Below, in pieces: positions 27,901 to 38,560 of a stretch of 44,775 nt of DNA. The notes beneath the pieces were generated by a model, which had not been told where the DNA came from, made no database searches, and was given only the letters and a program-made list of their open reading frames with translations. Made by a program: the position numbers and the translations under genes. The stretch comes from Phoronis australis (taxonomy: Eukaryota > Animalia > Phoronida): NCBI GenBank assembly GCA_002633005.1, contig NMRA01000525.1, positions 258,765 through 303,539 on the forward strand. The letters are read 5' to 3'. The stretch's first letter is position 1; each line of letters begins with the position of its first letter.

Positions 27901-29732
27901 GCCAGAATAGTCAAAAGCAAGACTTAAACAAGGCAGGCAGTCTGGAGATGCACAATTTTCACATCTTTGATCTTAAAAGTGTATGAAAGGGTCCCCTCTA
28001 TCAGCTATTGTCACGGAATTGGTTGGTTTTTAGACAGAAAAGCAAAAGTGTACAATATGTTACGTAATTTAAGAGTCAATTTTTGCTAATTTTTAATGAC
28101 AATATCCCCAGAATATGCAGGGCTTGGAATGACCAATGACAAAAAAGAGGAAAATTTTCTGGTTAATGTATCGTTTCAGACAGGTTTGTGTGATAGAAAT
28201 CTTTCTTGTAAAATATAAGTGAAATAAATGTATTTTCATGAATAAAGTCAAAATAATGATAAAAAGAAGATTCCAAAAGAAACTCGAAATCAAATAAGAG
28301 GAAATCGAAACCAAAAAAGAGGAAATCCTCTCACAAGGGGAAAATTCAAGCCCTGAATATGACAAAAATGACATTGCTCAGGGTTAAAAATGAGGGAATA
28401 TTCTATTATCCCACGACATTAAGTGGGCTCCATATTGCAAAGCCAAAAACAACCAATGGCACGATGCCTGATGTTGTGAAATATTGCAAACCCACAAACA
28501 CCCACACATCCATCAGGGACGATACTCGAGCAGGCAAAATACACACCAGAGTTCAAGTCAGTTCAAGCCTACCAATCCATTCTTAAGAAAGAAAACCACC
28601 ACCAGCATTTCAATATTTTTAATGACCACAAAAACTTGTTTTGGCTTCAGACTGACACTTTTATTAATTGATAAGGCCAAAAAAGCAATTTTGTTTTGTT
28701 TCTTTACTGATCGGTGCTCACCGCTGTCGTCAAGGTCTTGGGTTTGTTTGTCAAAAGCTGCACAAAGACACATGAGCAGGGATATGCAAAGTTTGAAATG
28801 CCATCATTTGTTAAGCGATGGGTAAAAAAATATACTGCATCATTTTCGGTTGTCCCAGGTAGATTTTTCATTTTGAATAAGTATTCAACTAAAAATATCG
28901 CACCACGGACTTCATTTTCAGAAAATAAAACATAGACCAGAATCAACTATGCTTTTTTGGCACAATGGAAAATTGCCAAAACATGTTCATACATTTTCTA
29001 GAATAAAACAAAGCATAACCAGGTACACGTGCATCAATTTCAAACCACCATTGACTCTTATCAAGCAGGAGGTTATCTTCTACCATTTCTAGGTCTGGTG
29101 TTACTTGGGTTACAAGCACAATTCTGCCTTTTGTAAAGTAATTCCTCAGAAAATTTGCACGAAAGTAATAGCAAATTGGAAGACAAACTGAGAAAGTACG
29201 AAATCAGGGTTTATAAAGAAATCAAGCTTCCTTTTAAACCTTTCATTATAGGTCAGGAATCTAAAAATTAAACACAATAGCATGTTCTTGCCATCCTGTG
29301 AGACAAGAACTGACATTTAAGCATTGAATAACCTGATGAGTCTCCTACCTGGCTGCTGATCAGGGTCACATGCCCTCGACCATGAGGGTTTTCCTGGTGC
29401 GAGTGCGTAGAAAAGTGATCACCAGCATGCGAATGTACATGATTCTGGTCAGACTCCTCGTCTCCCAGACTATGATTGTGATTTTCATGTAAGTCGACGA
29501 AACTATGATTTAGTTTGTGATCGCGCAGAGAATGACTGAGTATTGCTGTTTTCCCTAGGCCTAGGTTCTCCATAAGATGTTCAAAGCCTTCAAATGTCAT
29601 GTGGTTCCCATTGCCATATTTATTGAAGAGATTCTTGATAAAAACACTTTCGCCATCGGACGCAGAAGAACTGAAGACCACCAGTGTGAGAAGAACTAAA
29701 CATGGTCCTTTCAAACGTCCTGCTCCCACCAT
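2021..29732 (-). CDS. SLC39A10: LIV-1 subfamily ZIP zinc transporter (ZIP10/ZIP6/foi-like), spliced CDS of 8 exons, 3'-incomplete in window
   Basis: Signal peptide, His-rich ectodomain, PAL-like motif CPTLISQLDGRAC, TM motifs AVGTLTGDALLHLLPH, GDGLHNFCDGMAIG, CHELPHELGDFA and GGMFIYIALVDM. All introns are GT-AG with matching phases (0,1,0,0,1,1,1,0). Orthology to ZIP10 vs ZIP6 is not resolvable by eye. Confidence 0.93.
2633..2713. repeat. 42-bp tandem duplication (~2 copies)
   Basis: acccacacttatacaagggctgaataccacaccaagaga at 2633 and 2675. Confidence 0.9.
3010..4118 (-). mobile_element. Older diverged HINE-like element
   Basis: End module accaagag-aatgc..gcatt hairpin + atgcacccac at 3010-3046; degenerate monomers (tggccaccaggaggc); palindromic opposite end near 4075-4118. 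Confidence 0.55.
3850..3889. repeat. (CA)n microsatellite
   Basis: cacacacgcacgcatgcgcacacacacacacacacacac. Confidence 0.9.
4179..4259 (-). CDS. SLC39A10: ZIP transporter coding exon 7 (TM5, HEXPHE motif)
   Basis: ttacag|(G)AAFTMGLGGGLSTTVAVTCHELPHEL+G|gtaact; 81 nt; LIV-1 signature. Confidence 0.95.
4788..5315 (-). CDS. SLC39A10: ZIP transporter coding exon 6 (His-rich loop + TM4)
   Basis: tgtttcag|GC GTG AAA...HNGHGHSHGHSHGHSHEVPKSVSAVAWMVIMGDGLHNFCDGMAI+G|gtagga; 528 nt. Confidence 0.95.
7740..8605 (-). mobile_element. Degenerate HINE-like element
   Basis: Diverged monomers (accactaggggc ~7748, gccactgggggtgc ~8289, gccaccaggtggc ~8415) and terminal atatgtgcccac...ggacacaaaaa. Confidence 0.5.
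9023..9125 (-). CDS. SLC39A10: ZIP transporter coding exon 5 (cytoplasmic loop)
   Basis: gtttttcag|KNFRKKLHAENLDELKANECGSCSDLPMVVHTVK+G|gtaagc; 103 nt, supplies the phase 0 to 1 bridge needed between exons 4 and 6. Confidence 0.8.
9480..10204 (-). mobile_element. Partial inverted copy of the Kolobok-like element at 21281-22211
   Basis: Reverse complement aligns by eye with 21285-21920; ends ...aaataaggtttgagacatca|ttaa. Confidence 0.75.
10739..10848. repeat. 22-bp minisatellite x5, each unit with an MRE core on the minus strand
   Basis: ccaggggtgtgcaagacactca at 10739, 10761, 10783, 10805, 10827. Confidence 0.95.
11390..11662. repeat. Degenerate 16-17 bp tandem repeat, probably subterminal repeats of a MITE (11136-11694)
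   Basis: cccattgatctgaccg x3 perfect plus diverged copies; short inverted ends ccatagtc/gactatgg. Confidence 0.7.
12103..12676. mobile_element. PIF/Harbinger-type MITE, 574 bp
   Basis: ~40-bp TIRs GGGCTGTTCCAGTAAAATCTGTATGGGAG / CTCCCACACAGATTTTGCTGGAACAGCCC; TGA target duplication on both sides. Confidence 0.85.
12941..13140. repeat. Degenerate ~19-bp AT-rich minisatellite
   Basis: Units resembling aaattcaatcctattttag. Confidence 0.7.
13275..13480 (-). mobile_element. Small element with tRNA-like core and inverted ends
   Basis: A box TGGTTCAGTGG and B-box-like GGTGTGAGTCC on the minus strand; 14/17 inverted ends ctgcacaccacctgttg / caacaggtggcgtactg. Confidence 0.55.
13583..13741 (-). CDS. 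SLC39A10: ZIP transporter coding exon 4 (TM3)
   Basis: ttcacag|AFSHSHGHHGEE...LRGLVVLGGFYLFFLVERIV...REK|gtaaat; 159 nt. Confidence 0.93.
14655..14824 (-). CDS. SLC39A10: ZIP transporter coding exon 3 (TM1-TM2)
   Basis: ttttccag|TG TGG...(V)WGCSIGAVLVISLIGLLSVAVIP...AVGTLTGDALLHLLPH|gtaagt; 170 nt. Confidence 0.95.
15933..15973. repeat. (GT)n microsatellite
   Basis: Run of gt dinucleotides followed by a G run. Confidence 0.95.
16400..17311. repeat. Diverged direct duplication (16400-16655 vs 16968-17311)
   Basis: taattt(c/t)...gtcaaaatttattttg...attgtccctattttggttt...aggtccgctgt...ctggtaacagac present twice ~568 bp apart. Confidence 0.85.
18604..19590. mobile_element. Non-autonomous DNA transposon (hAT-like termini) containing a tRNA-derived segment
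   Basis: Termini CAGTGGCGGAT / ATCCGCCTATG, G/C-rich subterminal tracts, flanking direct repeat TATATT; A/B boxes on the minus strand at ~18850-18908. Confidence 0.7.
21281..22211. mobile_element. Kolobok-like non-autonomous element, ~930 bp
   Basis: TIR GGTTCTCTCCAACCTTATT / AATAAGGTTGGAGATATCC (17/19), TTAA at the right end; two other partial copies in the window. Confidence 0.7.
22600..23373 (-). mobile_element. Degenerate HINE-like element
   Basis: Monomers with ccac(t/a)ag..ggc near 22625, 22757, 22908, 23191; terminal cccacatatgtaggcacgtaaaaa. Confidence 0.55.
24491..24778. repeat. 30/33-bp minisatellite with 93-bp higher-order period
   Basis: ggactacaatag(g/t)ccctta(tag)ccacagtgcct; unit order 30-30-33 three times. 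Confidence 0.95.
25376..27050. mobile_element. Kolobok-type internally deleted DNA transposon, 1675 bp
   Basis: TTAA|AGGAGTATGCCACCC ... GGGTGGCATTCTCCT|TTAA (14/15 TIR, TTAA target duplication, AG..CT termini); contains a THAP relic. Confidence 0.85.
26588..26890 (-). pseudogene. THAP zinc-finger domain relic (transposase N-terminus)
   Basis: RCIVPAC...ISFFRLP...RKWL...RVCGRHFVDSDF matches the C2CH THAP signature; no ATG; truncated after the domain. Confidence 0.85.
27177..27372 (-). CDS. SLC39A10: ZIP transporter coding exon 2 (PAL-motif domain)
   Basis: Not in the ORF track in this frame. tttcgcag|CLPPKVILSESRVKDESSISPEAFTSLCPTLISQLDGRACSHGHEP...SAK+G|gtaatt; 196 nt, phase 0 to 1. Confidence 0.9.
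27335..27610. repeat. 136-bp tandem duplication spanning the exon-2 splice acceptor
   Basis: accttgggagggagacactgcgaaatgggcgaga...cattaaacagtgacacaagagagagac at ~27356 and ~27492. Confidence 0.92.
29349..29732 (-). CDS. SLC39A10: ZIP transporter coding exon 1 (signal peptide + His-rich ectodomain)
   Basis: MVGAGRLKGPCLVLLTLVVFSSSAS...LFNKYGNGNHMTFEGFEHLMENLGLG...LISSQ; donor CAG|GTAGGA at 29349; acceptor tttaag|GTGAAATG at 29737 implies an upstream non-coding exon. Confidence 0.9.
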
Positions 29733-32080
29733 TTCACCTTAAATAAAAAATTCATAATTAAATGAAGGTTATTAACACCCCTAGAATTACTTTTGGTTCA
29801 ATCATGTTTTGGAGCGCATCCTTTTGTTTGTTTGTTTTTCCAAGGGGTAATTCAAATTTAACACTTACATGATCAAAGCAAAACGTTTAGACAGATAAAG
29901 AGTAAAAACTGGGACATTATGGAAGTGCCCAGGCTCAATGTAGCACCTCCTACTCTGATAGAAAGCGCCATTCAGCCAAGTTGGGCAGCAATACTAAACC
30001 AATAATAGGAAGAATGCTCCGGAAGGTAATTTTTCAAATACCCTGAGAATGGGGAAAGATATTCTAAGTTTTAAATAAAGTATCCGCCACAAAAAATTGT
30101 GCATTCTGAATATATTCTGGCCCAGAACCACTGTCCGACTCATAATGTTCAGCAAAAAGACTGCTCAAAGCACATGATTTATCACTTAATGAGAAGTCAA
30201 ATTGAAAACGGTTTCATATTAATTGGATCCCCCTGGTCACAACTCCTAGTGCATCGCCAATTCAACCTAACTCTTCCTAAATTCTTTGTGAATTTGTTGG
30301 CCCATTTCCTTGCCTCACATTTCCAATGGCCCTGAAGCCTGCAACACTGGCAAGTTGTAGTTTGAGCAAAAACATCACAATGACCCATTGAGTTTTTGGA
30401 ATCACTATTTTACAAATTTTCCATTGGATGTCGCCGTAAGTTTCCCCTACTCCTAGTTCTGCAATTGATTGACCGTACTGGTTCCGCTGGGTCAACCGGC
30501 AAAGGCATCTGATTGGTCTGTAAGCCAGAAGTTGCCATCGAGAACCAATCAGATGCCGTAGCCATTTAAACTAGCGAAGTCGATCAAGACATTATGCCTC
30601 AATGGGAAGACTGATCATCACTCATCTCCAGACTGAAGTTTCCAATCTTGATTTAAGTATCGAAGTATGGAGTAGCGTCAAACTTTCAACTGCATTTTGT
30701 AAAATGCTGAAGTAAACTAGAAACCGAAAAAGACAAGGGGCCTGTTACAAGAACACTGACTTAGCAAAGACAATTTATCTTAAATCTAAGATAATTCTAA
30801 GATAAAACTTCAATTTGTCTTACGTCCGTTCCAAGAAATTGATCTTAAGTTAGAATTAAGTTTTTGACTTACGTTTTACCTTAAGTGCGATTAACTTACC
30901 CGATGTGGAAGTTTCAAAGTTTGATATGAATCTTGGACATAAGTAAATAACAAAGAAACGCAAGTCAGTTTGTTGGAATGAGCCCAAGGTTACATTGTTT
31001 GCTGAAATTGGTAAAAAATACTACAGTGACTAGTCCTCATGTAAGTCTAGGAAACTTAAGCAATGAGGATGCACTGAATTCTATAATTCTGCAAAGTTTT
31101 GGTAAAATAATGTCACGCTTTCAAACTATTAATCTACGGTGTACTATGAATAACAAAACTTACTCAATTTGCCAACAAACACCAAACGGTCCAACCTAAA
31201 GAATTACAAGACTTTCTTTGCAATAAACTACTTTTATACTATGAGCACACACAATAACAGTTTACTTTTATAACAATCTGTGGGTACCATGAACTCTAAC
31301 CATATTTTTCAGGGTACAACAGTACCTGAAGGCATTGGGTTCGGCTATTCAAAGGTCATAAGAGGCATATTCAGCAAGTGGCCTTTATCGCCAGGATTTT
31401 GATTCATGGCTTAACTGACCAACCAGAAAGCAGCATTCTCAACACAACTTTGTTTCCATTACTCACGAGTTCCAAATAGCCGTATCTACACGTATCTACT
31501 CGTTTTCTGGTCTATATGACGCTTATTCGGGTGTATACGTTTATTAATTTTCTAACCTTTTTCCACTCTCCACGATTATTTGATTCAGCAAGATCTTAAT
31601 TTTTGTTTCATTCATTACAAATTCGATACTCCAAAACTTAGCTACTGACACTGGGTATCGTACCTTAGTTGTAAGACGGGGTTAATTTGCTCTTAATTTG
31701 CTCTAAACATCTAGAGCACGAGACACTCGGTTCAGATTTCGTAATTTAGAAGAGATATATAGGACTCCGCGTTACACACAGAATTCACATGTCATACACA
31801 TTAAAAGATTTTATTCGCTAAAATATACAACTGTACGTTTCAAAGCGTAAAATAGTCGGACTCCCAAGCAACGGTTTACGCAGCGCCTGTCTGCAGGACA
31901 GCCAGAATGTTATTTTGGACGGGTTCGACGGGATCGGTCAGACTTAAGAAAGTGTTGGCAAAATTTAAAAAGCTTGAAATGATGACCACTTCTCTTAATA
32001 TTAACAGCTGGTCGGCATCCCTATCCTACCACCCCTGCACAGTAGGTATACATTATGCCATAGATATATCTACATGCATA

Positions 32081-33565
32081 CTGTATTTGTCCAAATAAGC
32101 GCCCATGCCCCTATAAGCGCCCCCCACGCATTTTCATACTTCGCTGAAATAAGTGCCCACCCCACAAACGTGTACATGCGGAAAATGTCTTACCTGCAGT
32201 CATAAAAGTCTACAGTAATGGTCTTCAATTTATCAACAAGATCTGACAGTCCTTAAAAATATCATTGTGCACCGAATTTCTCGACCACTACTAAGACAGT
32301 AGACTCGCTGTTATGTCAGCATTTAGCCGTGACTCTACACTTCAAACTCCCGCCGTGCTTCTAAAAAAAACGCCAAAATTTTGCTGATCTCCGACAAAAG
32401 TGTCCAACTATGGTCTGGTCTTTCAGAACAGACACAGCTGGAAACAGGATTCCAAATTTCTTTGAGCACGTGAAAACCGCGGATCGACCACTGGTACTCA
32501 AAGTGTGCCATTCAGCTGACGACTGTCTCACAAATAAGAGCTCGTGGCCAGGAAGCGCGTGCTACATACCTGTCACGTGTCATTGCAGACATTAGTCTTC
32601 AGGAACTATTCATGAAACAATGTGTAGTATAGCATTGGCAAGAAATAAATATTGGCACTAATTTCAGAAAGTTTCTAATGCTCTAAAAATTGTTGCGTTA
32701 TTTTTAAGAGGCGTTGATTTGATAATCACTTTTTTAATTTATTCAACATTGGAGTTTTTAAAGTCAAATAACTGATAAAATGCCCCACTGACAGCGAACA
32801 CCTGAGCACCCTCACACCCGACTCTCCCGGATAATAACTGTCAGACTCTAATACATCTAGTCATCCAGTTACTCAATGACATTCGGCCTTAGCGAGACAA
32901 TTCTCACACGGTTTAACAGTAGATGAGACAAGCAAGTGCTAAATAAAACATATTCTGTGTTAGTGCTTGTGTTATTTCTTTAGTTACAATGCACACCTAG
33001 ATCGTTACATTGCGTTTCTTCCAGGAAATGAAAACTGGCGACATGCACGCGCTTGCTCACTCACACGCGCACAAGATTTTAAAAACAACGACATGTGCGT
33101 TCGTTCAGAGATTTTTCTCGAGTAGCGGGATAGGATCTTGCAAAGATTTTGACCTATCATGCTCTTAATATTGACTCTGCAGGAACTTAAAATCTTAGGG
33201 ACCCTATTTGGAAAACTTAAGTGAGGACTTCAGGTAATTTGTCATGTCAAAACTGCATTTTTATTCAAGTTGCCATATCGACGATCGCGAGGCAGCGACG
33301 CATCAGCGGTTTTTCGCCATTGGATTTCAGCACAACTTTTCTATTAAATGATCGTAATCTTAACAACCAAATTTGACAGCAATGTACGACAGTTTTGTAG
33401 AAAGTCTGCCATAGGCTACAGATATATCTACATAGCGTAAATTTGATGAATCCTAGCTTTCAATTTCATCCATTTCCGAGACTGGGTTTCAAACGCCTTA
33501 GGTTACAATAAGCCTCCCGAAACGATTTTTTCTAAGCGCCTGGGCGCTTATTAGGGCAAATACAG
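32081..33565. mobile_element. Tc1/mariner-type non-autonomous element, 1485 bp
   Basis: TA|CTGTATTTGTCCAAATAAGCGCCCA ... TGGGCGCTTATTAGGGCAAATACAG|TA. Confidence 0.85.
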
Positions 33566-34914
33566 TATACATACCAGGAAGGCATTACAAGTAAGGTACA
33601 AATAGCTAAACCGCTGTTTCAAATCTCCTTCCCCAGACTAATTACAGAAATAGCTTCACATTAAACAGAAAACAATTGGTGTCATCAATGGTGGTAATGT
33701 TTTCCTGATTTAGTTAAGCACACATCAGGAATTTTTGTCCCACTGGTCGCAAATTGGTCGACATCCGGTCGTCAAGCTGAGCATCAAACCAGCAACCGTC
33801 TACAACGAGTCGTCAGCTGAATTGCCTCAGCAGTCAGCACTTGGGTCGACAAACTGGTCGTCTAGCTCAGATGCATATCCTAAGTTGGCAATTACCATGA
33901 ACTTCAGCCACACAAACATCTAACTGTTTAGTTGTTCGTTCTCGTTCGCCACTCAAGTTTTGACCCCAGTTTATCAACTTTTGCTCGACTATTTAATCAC
34001 AGAAGACTGAATAAACTAAGGAATTGTGTGAAATTACACCAAAGCAAAATTGATGTTCATGCAGAATTACCAACGACGTGGTAAAATCAAATGTTAAATG
34101 ATATCGCGGAAAAATGATTTCTACCTCTAGCTATAAGGCATATTTTTACACATAACAATCAAGAACCACTTAAATTTTTGATTACCACTTTATCACATAT
34201 TCCCATTTGCCCAATGAAAACCATTTTGCTGTGTATCATTTGTAAAAATGCTGGTGATAGAAAAGCATTTATTTTGGGAGACACATCAACAATAGGTTGA
34301 TCACTATCCCAGATTTTAACGTCATCGATGCATGAAAACGATGAGCGCAAAATTAGGATCAGTAGTAGCACAAGCCCTGATGCATCATTATTCAGAGTTA
34401 GATGTCAATTTTGGAATTTGTAAAAATTGTAGCCATATTATCTTTTAAGTTAAAGCCTTCTCAGCCGTTCGTATTAAGAACACAATACTGGGTGTTTCCC
34501 TTCTTTACACCACGGGTTAATATTCTGAAAATAAAATCTTCGGAGAAACGGTCCTTTGGCGTTAAAACTCTACCACCCTAAAGAAAAAATTTTCATGGCG
34601 TAATAAATGCGTTTCCATGGATGGTGTTGAAAATAATTTGTTAGCCAGCTTAATACATAGTTCACTGTTTCCCCTGGGTTTTGCAAGGAGCGTGGTGGTG
34701 AATGGCCAAAACGGGGTGCAAAGCCCGTTGCCGCAAGCGAATATTAGAAATGGGATCCCCTTATTAGATGTAATTGGGTGCAGTTTGCTCATCATACACA
34801 ACATAGACAAGACTTTAACCCAAGCATCATGTAGTAGAAGTATCACTTCGCAAGACAATTTGGCAATGAATTGTCCAGCATAGTGTGATCTCTGTCGTAC
34901 TTGAGTACAAAAAA

Positions 34915-35160
34915 CATGCACACACCCAGCCTTCGATATGAGGGGGGGGCTCGAATTCCCGAAGTTGTGGACCATTTGCTAACAAAAGAGCAGGCGAACT
35001 AAAAAAAATAAAACGGTAGCACCTCTGTGAATTGCGACTTTGCGCTTATTTACTGGACTTTTGTCTCATTTTCTCAGATCTTTTGTCTCTCGGGGACGGA
35101 CCTTTTGGCCCACTTCGCAAATTGGGGGGTCATTCGAGCCTCCCCCTGGGTGCGCGCATG
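34915..35160. mobile_element. 246-bp MITE
   Basis: TIR CATGCACACACCCAG / CTGGGTGCGCGCATG (13/15), A-run flanks, G/C subterminal tracts. Confidence 0.7.
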
Positions 35161-35547
35161 AAAAACAGTGTTAAAATTCAGTTATCCACGAAGTGACAAA
35201 CATAGAACAAAAATATTTGAACTATGTAGACGTTATAATCTAATTCGTGTAACGAAACTTCCGTTGATACCGTCTTGCTAAACATAAATCAGTGATAGTG
35301 GATTGGCGTTGGCCGGCGTAGCAGACGATGTAATAATCTAGTCCATGCAGATGAATCTGAGACTGGCTAACTGTCATTCAACACATTCATTTTGGCGCAG
35401 GGCTATGGACGATTAAACAATTGGATGTCACGCCCTGCAGTATAATTCACAATGTCTTTTGTAAACGATAAATACATGAATAATGATAAATACATTGGCG
35501 AGCCCAGGCGCTTTCCCATTTTAGAAAATTTGTATCGAAGTCGTTAC

Positions 35548-35835
35548 CTGGTCCCCGGCTGTATTAAGTATATAAGTCGGATAACCAGGCAGAAACGAGA
35601 TACGAAAGGAGATTGGGGATTGAATGACTGTGTTTAACTGGGGCACAATTAAAGACCCCATTGTAAAATTATTATTTTTCCCTTTCGATCCACAAACAGC
35701 GAAAGGTGCCGTGTGACTTATACGTATTCATAATTACTCGCGATCATTTTTACTAAGCGATTTTTGCGTAGCGGTGAAGTTTCCCTGACGCTTGTGCGAA
35801 TGCCAATATTTCCGCCATCTTTAAACGGAAGTAAA
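35548..35835 (-). promoter_or_regulatory. Candidate promoter and non-coding first exon of the ZIP gene
   Basis: CpG-enriched non-repetitive island with YY1-type CCGCCATCTT (35812-35821), ETS-type CGGAAGT (35826-35832) and minus-strand donor CAG|GTAACG at 35548. Confidence 0.4.
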
Positions 35836-35902
35836 CAATTTCTGGTACACATGTAGTGCACATCCGGTCCATTAATTGTGCTGAGTTTCAAACCTGTACG
35901 TA

Positions 35903-37036
35903 AACAAGAGCAACGCAGAGCGTTGAACTGCGCCCACAATTGCACTGTATACGGTATCCTTCTAGGGTTGTTTATTGGTACCAAAAAGTGGCCAGTAGAG
36001 GGCATATATGTAGTGTGTTGTACTTTGCAAAATGGAAAGGCATGGTCATTGTCTCCTCAATAGGCTAGGGGCAAAATGTGAGTGATCTTCATAATACAAG
36101 CACATCCTATACATCAGTTGCTTAAAGCACCACAGAAACATAGAAATAAAAACAAATTTACCAACATAGGAGATTAGCACAGCATTAGAATGCCAGAAAC
36201 AAATTTCTACTTGGAACTTTTCCTTCATAGTCACGAAGTAACACAAAGTATACACCTGAAGACCTATGAAAATACAGAGGTCAATGTNNNNNNNNNNNNN
36301 NNNNNNNNNNNNNNNNNNNNNNNNNNNNNNNNNNNNNNNNNNNNNNNNNNNNNNNNNNNNNNNNNNNAGCGTAAAAAACTAAAATTGCCACTAGGGGGCA
36401 CACCAGTAGTCGGATCCGTCCAAACGTCTTCATCTTCCGTTGTTAACATCATATAAATATACTTACACAATTTCGTAAAGATCCTGCGAACGGTTTAGGA
36501 GATACAGCCATAGGCGCAAAAAAACAAAACTGCCACTAGGAGGCACCACAGTAGTCGAAATCGTCGGAAAATCATCGTCAACTGTCCTCTACATAGTAAG
36601 CATATACATGCCAATTTTCACAATCATCCTTTGAGCGGTTTGGTTGATAGAGGGGTGGACACACAAAAACAGACTCGAAAACACTAAAAATGGCCACTAG
36701 GTGGCGCAAACTATGTCGACTCCATCTGAAAACGAGACGATAGTGTCATCTCACTAATAGGTGCCAACATACTAAATTTCATGAAAATCCGTTCAGGACT
36801 TTTGAAGATACAAAGGTAAGCGTAAAAAACTAAAATTGCCACTAGGGGGCACACCGGTAGTCGGATCCGTCCGAATGTTCGCACATGCCGTCCTATACAT
36901 GAATGGAACATATGTGCCAAATTTCATGAACGTATGTCAAAGGGTTTTGGAGATAAAGCAGCGGACACCGGACGGACGGACGGACGGACAGAGATGACAA
37001 CATAATGCGTCCACATATAGATATGTGGGCACAGAA
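35903..37036 (-). mobile_element. HINE/DINE-1-like element (spans a gap)
   Basis: On the minus strand: subTIR+inverted repeat, (GTCC)n microsatellite, 145/161/145-bp monomers, 3' subTIR, hairpin CAACGC..GCGTTG and CTCTTGTT end. Confidence 0.85.
36288..36367. other. Assembly gap
   Basis: Run of N. Confidence 1.
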
Positions 37037-37039
37037 AAA

Positions 37040-37790
37040 TTGTAGCTTCCAGAAGCCTTTGAATCTTGAAATGAAAACAAAATGGCCACCACAGCCGCCA
37101 TCTTGGATCCTTTTAAACGAAAAACAATAGGCTTCCAGTACTTCCGGAACTACGTGTTATGTGTAAATTTCGTGATGATCGGACGAAAATTGCGACCTGT
37201 ATCGTGCGAACAAACAAAAAAAAACAAAAGAAAACAAACTTGATGGAAGACCAACATACTCGGCGAAATAAAGTTCACCAAGTAAAAATGGCTACTAGGT
37301 GGCGCAAACTATGTCAAATCCATTTGAAAACGGGAGGATAGGGTCACCTCACTAATAGATGCCTATATTCCCAATTTTATGAAATACGTTGTGGAGTTTT
37401 GCAAATACAGAGGTAAACATAAAAAATTAAATTGCCACTAGAGGGCACACGGGTAGTCATATCCGTCCGAAAGTGGTCATCATCCATTGTGAACATCATG
37501 TAAATACACTTGCAGAATTAAGTAAAGATCCTGCCAACAGCTAAGAAGATACAGCCATGGGCACAAAAAGAAACAAAAGTACCACTAGGAAGCGCCAAAG
37601 AAGTCGAAATTGTAGGAAAATTAGCTTCAGCTGTCCCCTTCATAGTAAAAATATACATGGCAATTTCCACAATCATCCTCATAGCGGTTTGGTTGATTGC
37701 GGGGTGGACGCCGTACGGATGCCAGACGAACACGGACGGACAGAGATGACGGCATAATGCGTCCACATATAAATATATGGGTGCATAAAA
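37040..37790 (-). mobile_element. Stacked HINE fragments: second family (37040-37288) plus 5' part of main family (37285-37790)
   Basis: tactcggcgaa...ttcaccaagta palindromic end with aaac microsatellite; then monomers and gacggacaga...gtccacatat..atatgggtgcataaaa. Confidence 0.6.
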
Positions 37791-38279
37791 ATGGCCAAAT
37801 CCTGTGCTTTTAAGCATCACCAGTCATTTTTAAACAGCACACACCATGTATTTTTGCACATTTTGAATTACCGGTGGCCACAGACTAAATGTATGACGTA
37901 AAATTTAGCTAAACCCATGGTTATTTTGTGTAATTAGCTCCAAATTTTTTATTTTTCTTTCAATTTACCAATTTTCACATTTCCCGCCATGTGACGTCAT
38001 GGGTTGAACACAAGAGATCAGTGCCTAGCATTGAACAATGGCGGAGAGCAAGGAATTTGAAAGCGACGACGATTATGAGCAAGAATTGAATGAATACTAT
38101 GAAGAAACGTACGGGAATGGTGGCCAGGATGAGGAAATGGGGTTACACGAAAGCGATAACAAGTTTAATGCGCTTCCGGCTGCGTACTTTTCTACTTTGA
38201 GCCTTACGAACTGGATCCTCCCGCGACCTCGGGCTCGGCGAGTCAACCTAGTCATCCAACAGACGATGCTGAATTAAGA

Positions 38280-38560
38280 GCTGATGTTTCTGAATAGTAA
38301 ATACTGTCCTTTATTGAACCAGGCCTTCATCGTAACGTCTCCTGTGACTGGAGTCGAAACACGAGTCCTCAAAGTGGGCAGAACACAGAGTGGCCCCGGA
38401 CCGAATCGCTCGGTCCACGATGACGTCCCACACTCTCTTTCGGCGCACGAAGCGATGCCACTTCTGTGCAACTTTGGTGTCCTTCGGAACACCGAGACGT
38501 TCTCCGCCTGGCTGCTGTTGCTGCAGCCTCCGGAAACACATCTTTTGATCCCTCTACGAA
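38280..38560 (-). pseudogene. Frameshifted THAP domain relic in a second probable Kolobok-like element
   Basis: RCVSGGCSN...VSVF / PKDTKVAQKWHRFV...LCSAHFEDSCF across two frames (shift ~38490); candidate right end ...GTACACT|TTAA ~38789; left TIR not found. Confidence 0.75.

Noticed and set aside
30737-30900. Harbinger-like terminus GGGGCCTGTTACAAGAA with CTTAAG-rich tract
   Set aside because: Partner TIR not found.
32990-33052. Scattered single MRE cores
   Set aside because: A degenerate 7-mer is expected by chance, and these lie inside a transposon.
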